Shown here one piece after another: positions 51,500 through 58,862 of a stretch of 64,000 nt of DNA (positions are counted from its first letter, which is position 1; each line of letters starts with the position of its first letter). Source of the DNA: an uncultured Gammaproteobacteria bacterium (GTDB lineage Bacteria; Patescibacteriota; Patescibacteriia; UBA9934); contig CAYFMS010000002.1 of NCBI GenBank assembly GCA_964344415.1, positions 256,593 to 320,592 on the forward strand, read 5' to 3'. A program made the position numbers and the translations under genes. Below the pieces are notes generated by a model. The model did not search any database. It worked only from the letters and a program-made list of their open reading frames with translations, and was not told the DNA's origin.

Positions 51500-51697
51500 T
51501 GGAACTCCCTGAATGAAAGTGCGTGTCATTACGACGTGTGAATATAGCATAAAATAGACCTTTTGTCAATGCAAAAAGGCCAAAATCGCTGTAAAATAGG
51601 CACATTCTTTAGATATTCACATCGGATATAAATACACCGTTTTATATCGGATATGCTTCTAAAACAAAAAGAACCCATCGTTCTAATGAGCTCTTTT

Positions 51698-51716
51698 TGG
51701 TGACCCCACGGGGAAT
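51698..51716 (-). repeat. 19-nt copy of the tRNA-Glu 3' end (ATTCCCCGTGGGGTCACCA on the minus strand), plus shared 3'-flanking A-run
   Basis: Identical to 51873..51891 of the full tRNA. No T-stem 5' half is present upstream. It sits about 150 nt 3' of the intact tRNA, beyond the tRNA terminator and a GC-rich structured spacer. Confidence 0.6.
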
Positions 51717-51872
51717 ATCCTTCGCTACGCTCGGATATGTCTGTTCCTCGCTCGGGAATGTCAAAGTAAACTTTGCCACTCCTCTCGCTTCGTCGCGGCA
51801 TCGAACCCACAGGGTCTGCATTCACCCAGAAGAGTACCAACAAAAAACCAGAGGCAAGCTCTGATTTTTTGT

Positions 51873-51947
51873 TGGTGACCCCACGGGGAATCGAACCCCG
51901 ATTTCCAGGATGAGAACCTGGCGTCCTAACCGTTAGACGATGGGGCC
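51873..51947 (-). tRNA. tRNA-Glu (anticodon CUC)
   Basis: The minus strand reads GGCCCCATCGTCTAACGGTTAGGACGCCAGGTTCTCATCCTGGAAATCGGGGTTCGATTCCCCGTGGGGTCACCA. It has a 7-bp acceptor stem, anticodon stem CCAGG/CCTGG with loop TTCTCAT, T-loop TTCGATT and an encoded CCA. A terminator hairpin (CAGAGcttgcCTCTG plus T6) follows. Confidence 0.75.
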
Positions 51948-52067
51948 ATGACTGGCCAAATGTGATGCGAGTATATGGGAAAAATAAGTGAATGTCAATC
52001 CTACGCTCTGCTTACACGTTTATGATAAATTAAAAACCCAGTATTTTCATACCAGGTTCGACGCCCC

Positions 52068-52319
52068 CTACGTCCGCACTTTTTTCATTACCGGCAGCTC
52101 ATTTGCCTCTGCCACATAAGACAGAGTTGGCATCGCCCCGTTGATTCGGAGCTTTTGACCAGCGAACTTTTTGATTACGGCATCACGACATGGCTGGCCA
52201 TATTGTACATTTACACGTCCATGCACCCATCCCTTTACCTTTCCATTCACAGCCACTTTCTGCCCACGCCCAAGCGGGATGTTGTGACCGCAGTGAATGC
52301 ACTTCTCGATCGTTGGCAT
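52068..52319 (-). CDS. Hypothetical small zinc-ribbon-like protein
   Basis: Start set at MPTIEKCIHCGHN, preceded by GAGGAGG. The Cys/His pairs (CIHC...H...C) suggest a zinc ribbon. Confidence 0.4.
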   Translation of the reverse strand: MPTIEKCIHCGHNIPLGRGQKVAVNGKVKGWVHGRVNVQYGQPCRDAVIKKFAGQKLRINGAMPTLSYVAEANELPVMKKVRT

Positions 52320-52490
52320 ACTTTCCTCCTCATATGCAACGTAAAGCCTAAATATAATACAAAATTGGGCTAAAAAGTCAATAACCAAAGCATAAAATGA
52401 AAAGTGAGTAAATGTGCTTATCTTTTATAATTTTTAAGATAATGGTTTTAAATAATATAGCTAATATTAGTATGAAAATCATCTTTTGCG

Positions 52491-52519
52491 ATTGACACAT
52501 CCCTTGAATCATGCTAATA
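52491..52519 (+). promoter_or_regulatory. Candidate sigma70-like promoter (TTGACA-N17-TAATAT) for the 52582 gene
   Basis: ttgacacatcccttgaatcatgctaatat lies in an AT-rich spacer about 60 nt upstream of the GTG start. Confidence 0.35.
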
Positions 52520-52581
52520 TTTTGAGTCATTGTTTGACTGAGGGCTTCGTATTGACACCCTTGTAAAAAATTGGAGGAACG

Positions 52582-53007
52582 GTGCAAAACAATCTTGAAA
52601 TCAACATCGCTCGTGACGAGCTTGCGTCCCTTGTGGATGCTCGCTACAAAATGCGCGAGATGACAAAACGTGTAGACGAGGCAAGTAATCGACTCGCCTA
52701 CCTCACCGCTACGGCGATGGTGGTAGTCGACAACGGACAAGATGTCAGGTGCCTGGGGGTTTCTCCCGAGGCCGAGGCCAAACTGATGAGGTTGCGATTC
52801 AACATCATCAGCAACGACATCATCTCCGTCACCTTCTACGCTGGTGACGAGAAGGTGTCCTTCCACCTGCAGCCCGGAGGGATGATGAGCTTCATCATCA
52901 CCGACATGCAAAACGATACTCGGATCTACAAGATCTGGGCTTTCGAAAACGAGGTCGATGCCGGAGCGTGGATGTCCAAACGACTGGCGGACTACTCGGC
53001 GCGCTAG
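52582..53007 (+). CDS. Hypothetical protein encoded in a moderately GC-rich segment. Probable GTG start.
   Basis: 141 aa ORF. GGAGGAAC lies upstream of the GTG. No motifs. Its composition is GC-richer than neighbouring housekeeping genes. Confidence 0.45.
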   Translation: MQNNLEINIARDELASLVDARYKMREMTKRVDEASNRLAYLTATAMVVVDNGQDVRCLGVSPEAEAKLMRLRFNIISNDIISVTFYAGDEKVSFHLQPGGMMSFIITDMQNDTRIYKIWAFENEVDAGAWMSKRLADYSAR

Positions 53008-53069
53008 CACACCTTACACGTCTCAGCAATTCTATTGCAGGGGCGTGTTTTTTTATTTGTTCAACTTCC

Positions 53070-53852
53070 TCAAACAAAGAAAAGCAATAGTACTAATCCA
53101 AGTACTATCCGATATATGGCGAACCATTTATAACTCATTCTTTGTATGAGTTTGAGGAGAAAATGAATGGCAAGAGCTCCGAAAATAGCAGAAGACACAA
53201 ATCCGATCGTAAGAATTGGCATCGAGGTGACAAATCCTGTCTGCATAGCATCAATGAGTGTCATAAATCCTGCGCCGGCGACGGCAGGTATCGCAAGTAA
53301 AAATGAGAAGCGAGCAGCTGCCCTGCGGTCAAGGCCCGCGAATAAGCCAGCTGTCATTGTGATCCCAGAACGCGATGTTCCGGGAATCAATGCTATCACT
53401 TGCGCTACTCCAATAATTGCAGCTTTTCCTAAACTCATTTTTTCTATATTGGCAATATGCCCCTTAATCTTATCGCTATACAAATCGGCAATCCACAAAA
53501 TAATTCCCCAGAAAATAAGAGAAGCTGCCACAATCGTCGTCGTTCGAGTTATTAGGAGGAAATCATCAGTAATAAATAGCCCCGCTAGTACAATTGGAAC
53601 AGTAGCTAATCCAATTGCAAGTAAAAGCCTCGGCTTTTTTATTGCTAAAATGATGTCTGACCGCATCATCCAACAAATCGCAAGAAGCGTGCCCAAGTGA
53701 ACCATGACATCAAAATCGATCGACTGCTGCTCCCAGCCGAATATCGACGGTAATGCGATCAAGTGTCCCGAACTCGAAATCGGTAAAAACTCCGTTATTC
53801 CTTGAATAGCGCCAAGGACAATGGCCTGAATCACGGTCATATTAATTATCAA
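53070..53852 (-). CDS. uppP: Undecaprenyl-diphosphatase
   Basis: 260 aa. BacA/UppP signatures: GITEFLPISSSGHL and PGTSRSGITMTAG. Confidence 0.9.
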   Translation of the reverse strand: MIINMTVIQAIVLGAIQGITEFLPISSSGHLIALPSIFGWEQQSIDFDVMVHLGTLLAICWMMRSDIILAIKKPRLLLAIGLATVPIVLAGLFITDDFLLITRTTTIVAASLIFWGIILWIADLYSDKIKGHIANIEKMSLGKAAIIGVAQVIALIPGTSRSGITMTAGLFAGLDRRAAARFSFLLAIPAVAGAGFMTLIDAMQTGFVTSMPILTIGFVSSAIFGALAIHFLLKLIQRMSYKWFAIYRIVLGLVLLLFFV

Positions 53853-55905
53853 AGTTTATGATTTTCCCCGGTTTCAGAGGCTTTGCATTATTCGCATCCG
53901 ATTGCACTTCTGTCTGCCCAGACTTTTTTCGACGACGCCGTCTTCTTTTTCGCTTTTTCGAAGGCTTTTGATCAGAAGGGAGGTTTTCTAGTTGTTCAGG
54001 ATCTGATCTTTCAGGGCTTGGCTCTTTCACATCAGTAGGGGGATTTGACGGCTCTGATACTGGCGCATCATCTGAAACCGTATCAGCAATCGTGGCCACA
54101 TGCTTATCTTCGCCAACACGCAAATCAGAAAGCGCTTTTCCAACTTCGCTCGCCTTGCTGAATTTCGCATCCTCGTTCGGCGTCATTGGTCGCTTTCCGA
54201 CATATTCAAGCTGATGTTCATGATCGTCTGACTGACCTGTCGGATCCGCTGCTTTATCCTCGACTTTCTTCTCATCTTTCTGTGAGTTGTCTTTCTTCGT
54301 CAATTCTTGAAGTGAAATCTCTTTTCCAACCTTTTTTTCAACAACCTCTCCCTCTTTCACACTTGGAGGTTTTTTAACAATATTCTTCTCCTTTTTCTTT
54401 GACTCTGCTTTACGGACCTTACCCTTCGTACGCTCCTCTTTAATAATCGGATGGCAATCCTCGCAATAAATAGGCCGCGAACGATCAAGCTCAACCGGCA
54501 ATTCAAATTCCTTATCGCAGCGCGTGCAATTATATTTATGCATGTATTTCTGCTTCTTGGCTGCCTTTTTGGCCGCTTTCACCTCAGCCATCTTTTCCTC
54601 GACATCAATATCGGCACCGAAACCACTCCACTCAAATACACGTTCTTCAATTTTTTCGCGAGGCTTCGCATAGCGCTCGCGAGTCTGTTCAACAATTTTC
54701 GGCGTACTTTCTGTTTCATGCGCCACCGGAGGCAGTGTCACCGCAGAAAATGGCTGTGATGTTACACCATCAATCATCAATTTCAAATATACATTGAATT
54801 TCGGCAAATTAATGAGATCTTCCGGAACAAAGCGAGGAGCAAACTCATCCTCCATAAACTGTGCATCGGGCGCACCGACACGGAATGTCACAATGGTTCC
54901 AACGTTCCCAAAAACCGCATCCCGCACCTCTTCCGTCAATTGCGCAATATATTGATGCGCCATGATCAAATTCAGACGATATTTCCGAGCCTCAGACAGA
55001 ATCGATGCAAAAGATTCAACGGCAAAGTTCTGAAATTCATCAACATAGAGATAGAAATCCTGACGTTCCTCCTCTTTCATATCGACACGCTCCATCGCCG
55101 CCATCTGGATTTTTGTAATAAGCATTCCACCAAGTAGCCGAGATGCATCCTCACCAATTGCACCCTTTGAAAGGTTTACGATGAAGATTTTCTGACTATC
55201 CATGATATTACGTATATCAATCGTTGACTTCGCTTGCGCAACAATATTTCGAATAATGGCAGCAGAAATGAATTGACCAACTTTGTTCTGAATCGGCGCA
55301 ACCGCTTCTGTAGCAAATTTACTCTGATAGGACCCGAATTCTTGAACCCAAAACTGCTTAACGATTGGGTCTTTAATATTCCCGATGATTTTCTTTCGAT
55401 AATCCTCATCAGAAAGCATGCGATTAATGCCTAGCAGCGTCGTCCCAGGCGTATCAAGAAGCGCCAGAATAGTGTTATTCATGATGTATTCCATTCGAGC
55501 CGACCAAACACCTTCCCAAATTTTCTTAAACACGCCCATCAATCCAGCAGCAACCAAATGCTTCTTATCTTCTTCAACCGCCTCCAAAATATTAAAGCCG
55601 ATTGGGAATTTTAAATCAGCCGGATTGAAATATACGACATCATTTATACGCCATGACGGAATGCGGTCAACGATTTTCTCAGCAGTATCTCCATGCGGAT
55701 CAATATAGCAACAGCCATGCCCCGCATAAATATCAGAAAGAATGAGATTTTCAAGCAGCGTCGTCTTTCCCATTCCGGTTTTACCAATGACATACATATG
55801 CCGACGACGATCGTCAGTTTTAATACCGAATACTTTCATCTGATTTCGGAAATTCACCTTTCCAAAATAGATGATGTCATTTTCGTGATCATGTTCGTAT
55901 TGCAT
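53842..55905 (-). CDS. P-loop ATPase of the FtsK/HerA/VirB4/VirD4 superfamily (type IV secretion / conjugative-transfer-like) with C-terminal zinc ribbon and poly-Lys/Arg tail. Paralog of the C-terminal half of the 827-aa protein.
   Basis: 687 aa. Walker A YVIGKTGMGKTT, DPHGD, Walker B DFYLYVDEFQNF and SEARKYRLNLIMAHQY. Then CTRCD...CEDCH (a four-Cys/His ribbon), a long Lys/Glu-rich disordered tail and a terminal KKRKRRRRRRKK. Confidence 0.65.
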   Translation of the reverse strand: MQYEHDHENDIIYFGKVNFRNQMKVFGIKTDDRRRHMYVIGKTGMGKTTLLENLILSDIYAGHGCCYIDPHGDTAEKIVDRIPSWRINDVVYFNPADLKFPIGFNILEAVEEDKKHLVAAGLMGVFKKIWEGVWSARMEYIMNNTILALLDTPGTTLLGINRMLSDEDYRKKIIGNIKDPIVKQFWVQEFGSYQSKFATEAVAPIQNKVGQFISAAIIRNIVAQAKSTIDIRNIMDSQKIFIVNLSKGAIGEDASRLLGGMLITKIQMAAMERVDMKEEERQDFYLYVDEFQNFAVESFASILSEARKYRLNLIMAHQYIAQLTEEVRDAVFGNVGTIVTFRVGAPDAQFMEDEFAPRFVPEDLINLPKFNVYLKLMIDGVTSQPFSAVTLPPVAHETESTPKIVEQTRERYAKPREKIEERVFEWSGFGADIDVEEKMAEVKAAKKAAKKQKYMHKYNCTRCDKEFELPVELDRSRPIYCEDCHPIIKEERTKGKVRKAESKKKEKNIVKKPPSVKEGEVVEKKVGKEISLQELTKKDNSQKDEKKVEDKAADPTGQSDDHEHQLEYVGKRPMTPNEDAKFSKASEVGKALSDLRVGEDKHVATIADTVSDDAPVSEPSNPPTDVKEPSPERSDPEQLENLPSDQKPSKKRKRRRRRRKKSGQTEVQSDANNAKPLKPGKIINFDN

Positions 55906-55909
55906 GTGA

Positions 55910-57493
55910 TCAGGTTGGTAAATTAGTAGGAGGCTCGTGATTCGCTTCTATTTGAGCAATATCGAGTCCTGGCGGAAGTGGTGCCGGCATTCCAGCGCGA
56001 GGCATGCGGTCTACGCTTTCTTTTGGCGATGTGTCGACAGGCGGCTGAACCGAATCTGAAAAAGCTGTATCCGCTTCTGGCTTCTGATGACCAATTCCCG
56101 GAACAGCAAGAGGCTTTCGCTGCGGTAATGATGTTGCCTTCTCACCGGCAGTAATGCTCTTCGGCGCAGAAAAGTCAGGAAGCAGATTTTCATCAGATTC
56201 ACTAAATGCCAATTCCACCGGAGCCTCGGCTCGACGTGCTTGAACAGATGTAAGCACAGGAGTACGTGCATCTGCAGCAGGGAAATGCCAAAGCGTAGCA
56301 AGCTCCTCGACATTCATAATAAATGGCGTAGACCCTACTCCCATTGTCCGTTTTTTATAACGACGTACCAGTTCGCGCTGACGACCTGGTAATTGCCATT
56401 CAAGCCATGGATAGTCATCCTGCGGAGTTGCCTTTGCCCAGAAACCAAGTCCATTCAACCCCTCATAAGAATACTGGTTAAACAGCCCTTTAGACATCGC
56501 TGAAATAGAAGACTTATTAAACACTTCATGTTTTGCGAAATACACAAAGCGCATCTTTGCGCGGAATCCATATTTCGATATTTTTCGGTTTACCGCCTCA
56601 ATCTGCTCCTTTTCACGCGGCGTAATTTTAAATGCAACGAAATCGTCCTGTTTCTTTTCTTCCGCGCCACTTGGCAATGCATAACCAACCGTCTGATTCA
56701 ACGCCTCATTCACCCACCAACCACCGACACCTTCCATCATACCTTTTTTCTTCGGAGCTTCTCGGCCAAAAACCTTATCAATGAATTCGACTCCCTTCTT
56801 TTGCCATTCCTGTTCAGCAGGCGGCATAATCATGAGTTGAATGAAGTAATTCTCCCCCTCCTTCATGGACCCAAGAATTTCAAGCAAACCGAGAAGTGGA
56901 TCTTTCAATCTCTGGTCTTTTTCCCCCTGATGTTCAAAATCAACCCAAGTCTTAATTGGCTTAAAATTCTCAGCCTTCATTCGAATCTCACTCCCCCACA
57001 TATCCCATGTATCATTCGGATAGTCCGTCGGGATCATATCAACATAGTCCTCCACCTCTGTGACCTGCGCTTCTGGATACTGTGCATAAAGTGCCGCTTC
57101 AACGAGATCTCGTGTTTTGGCCTGTGTTCGAATATAAAAACTAATGCGACCACCCACACTCACAATTTCGAATGAGTACCAAGCTTGGAATTTTCCATCA
57201 AACCATTTTTCTTTAAATGTAACAGCAGATTTTGCACCGTGAAGCGTGAGGAAAAAATTCTCAATTCCTTTTGGCGTCTGAACAGCATCTTTTGGCACAT
57301 TTACATGAAGCAGATGCCATTTTATACGGCCCGCAAATTGCCCCTGCCTTCGGTCAAGCCATAACTGCAGGAATCCCCAAACAAGCACTCCAAAAATGAC
57401 AACAGGAAAAATAAAAAACAAAATATAGGCTCCAATAACATCAGGTGGAGTTGTCTGAACCAGATTTACAAAATTCGCTAGCCACTGAGGCAT
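55910..57493 (-). CDS. Membrane protein partner of the ATPase, homologous to the N-terminal half of the 827-aa protein
   Basis: 527 aa. N-terminal TM helix (VIGAYILFFIFPVVIFGVLVWGF), then a soluble domain with HVNVPKD...FYIRTQAKTRDLVEAALYAQYPEAQV that aligns to residues 40-330 of the 18729..21212 product. Pro-rich C-terminus. The 5-nt gap to the ATPase gene implies co-transcription. Confidence 0.6.
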   Translation of the reverse strand: MPQWLANFVNLVQTTPPDVIGAYILFFIFPVVIFGVLVWGFLQLWLDRRQGQFAGRIKWHLLHVNVPKDAVQTPKGIENFFLTLHGAKSAVTFKEKWFDGKFQAWYSFEIVSVGGRISFYIRTQAKTRDLVEAALYAQYPEAQVTEVEDYVDMIPTDYPNDTWDMWGSEIRMKAENFKPIKTWVDFEHQGEKDQRLKDPLLGLLEILGSMKEGENYFIQLMIMPPAEQEWQKKGVEFIDKVFGREAPKKKGMMEGVGGWWVNEALNQTVGYALPSGAEEKKQDDFVAFKITPREKEQIEAVNRKISKYGFRAKMRFVYFAKHEVFNKSSISAMSKGLFNQYSYEGLNGLGFWAKATPQDDYPWLEWQLPGRQRELVRRYKKRTMGVGSTPFIMNVEELATLWHFPAADARTPVLTSVQARRAEAPVELAFSESDENLLPDFSAPKSITAGEKATSLPQRKPLAVPGIGHQKPEADTAFSDSVQPPVDTSPKESVDRMPRAGMPAPLPPGLDIAQIEANHEPPTNLPT

Positions 57494-57745
57494 AATCAGG
57501 GCCAGTATACCATGATTTGTTTTGCGGCAGAGAGGGAGATAAAAGAGATTTAGGAGATTGAAGAGATTCTGGTCGTGCAGTGAACTTTATTTACGCAGCA
57601 ATTAGGGAGTAGAAAATAGCACGTATACATAAAATAGTCCGTACGGACGAAAAAGTGCAGAACTTTTAATGGCTCACTCGTCTCGAGCATTCCATATAAG
57701 TACCGATCGACACTTAAGCTCGGAAGGATCATTTGAACTCCACGG

Positions 57746-57969
57746 GATTCCGGCTCAGAGGCTGGAATGACGATTTCTGATGGATCCCGGATCTCCGCTT
57801 CGCTTCGTCCGGGATGACACCGTATCTTGGTTTATGAAACATAAACAGATACCGTGTCAACTGCGTTCTATGTTCTACTCCATCATTGCTACGCAAACGA
57901 TAATCCGTATATCCGCATCATCCGTAAATCTGTAACGGCAACACTACACCCTACACCCTACAACCTAAC
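57746..57969. repeat. Dispersed intergenic repeat, family 1 (extended copy with extra internal hairpins), ending at the secF stop codon
   Basis: gattccggctcagaggctggaatgacg, then inserted hairpins (CCCGGAtctccgcttcgcttcgTCCGGG and gacaccgtatc...gataccgtgtc), then atccgtatatccgcatcatccgtaaatctgtaacggcaac, then ctacaccctacaccctacaacct. Upstream at 57530..57745 are family-2-like motifs (gagataaaagagatt, agagattctggtcgtgcagtga). Confidence 0.6.
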
Positions 57970-58861
57970 TAGACCGTTTCTTCTGCCAAAGAACAAGAAG
58001 TGGGCTTGCTAGGAAGATCGAGCTATATGCACCAGAAGCTACACCAATAATGAGCGCCAAAACAAATGACTTTGTCGTCTCTCCGCCAAAAAAGTAAACA
58101 GCGAGCAAAACAAGCAATGTCGTAAGAGATGTATTGATAGACCTTGCAAAACTTTGCACAACACTTCGATTCACAATTTCTGAAAATTTTGTGTCAGCAT
58201 GACGATCTTCAATCAGATTTTCACGCGTTCGGTCGAAAACAACAATTGTGTCATTAATCGAGTAACCGAGAATGGTAAGCATCGCCGCGACAAAAGCCGT
58301 ACCGATCTGATATCCCATCACTTCACCAAGAAGCGCGAAAATACCGAGCGGAATCATGATGTCATGAAGCGCTGCAACAATAGTCAGAATTCCATATTTC
58401 CATGACGATACAGGTTCAGAAACCTTTCGGAATGCCCATGCGACGTAAAGAATAATTAGCAGAATCAATATTCCAACAGCGATAAAAGATTTTCGCTTCA
58501 GCTCTTCGCCGATAACCGGACCAATCGATTCAAATCGTAATTCTTCGAATGCTCCAATTCGCTCCTCGAGTGCCGTCAAAAGCGATGAATGCTCTTCCGG
58601 AGTCAATGTTTGCAATCGAATCAAGGCATCGCCGCTCTCCCCTGGCTGAACCGTGCTCACATATCCAATCTCATCAATATATTCACCCAAGACAACAGAA
58701 TCGATTTCTTGCTCCATTCGAAGCTCGATGAGACTTCCACCCGTGAATTCAATACCAAGATTCAGACCAAAGACAGAAATACTGATAATCGATGCAATGA
58801 CAAGGAGTGTAGAAATCCCTAACCAAATCTTTGTTTTTCCAATGACGTCAAAATACTTCAT
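57965..58861 (-). CDS. secF: Protein translocase subunit SecF
   Basis: 298 aa. Typical SecF N-terminus (LGIEFTGGSLIE) and six TM helices. Confidence 0.9.
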   Translation of the reverse strand: MKYFDVIGKTKIWLGISTLLVIASIISISVFGLNLGIEFTGGSLIELRMEQEIDSVVLGEYIDEIGYVSTVQPGESGDALIRLQTLTPEEHSSLLTALEERIGAFEELRFESIGPVIGEELKRKSFIAVGILILLIILYVAWAFRKVSEPVSSWKYGILTIVAALHDIMIPLGIFALLGEVMGYQIGTAFVAAMLTILGYSINDTIVVFDRTRENLIEDRHADTKFSEIVNRSVVQSFARSINTSLTTLLVLLAVYFFGGETTKSFVLALIIGVASGAYSSIFLASPLLVLWQKKRSS

Positions 58862-58862
58862 A

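Noticed and set aside
50809-51550. Overlapping ORFs (206, 113, 114 and 128 aa) around the 102-bp tandem repeat
   Set aside because: Multiple frames stay open because of the GC-rich tandem repeat. Only the minus-strand frame, with lipobox signal peptide and RBS (51164..51499), is coherent.
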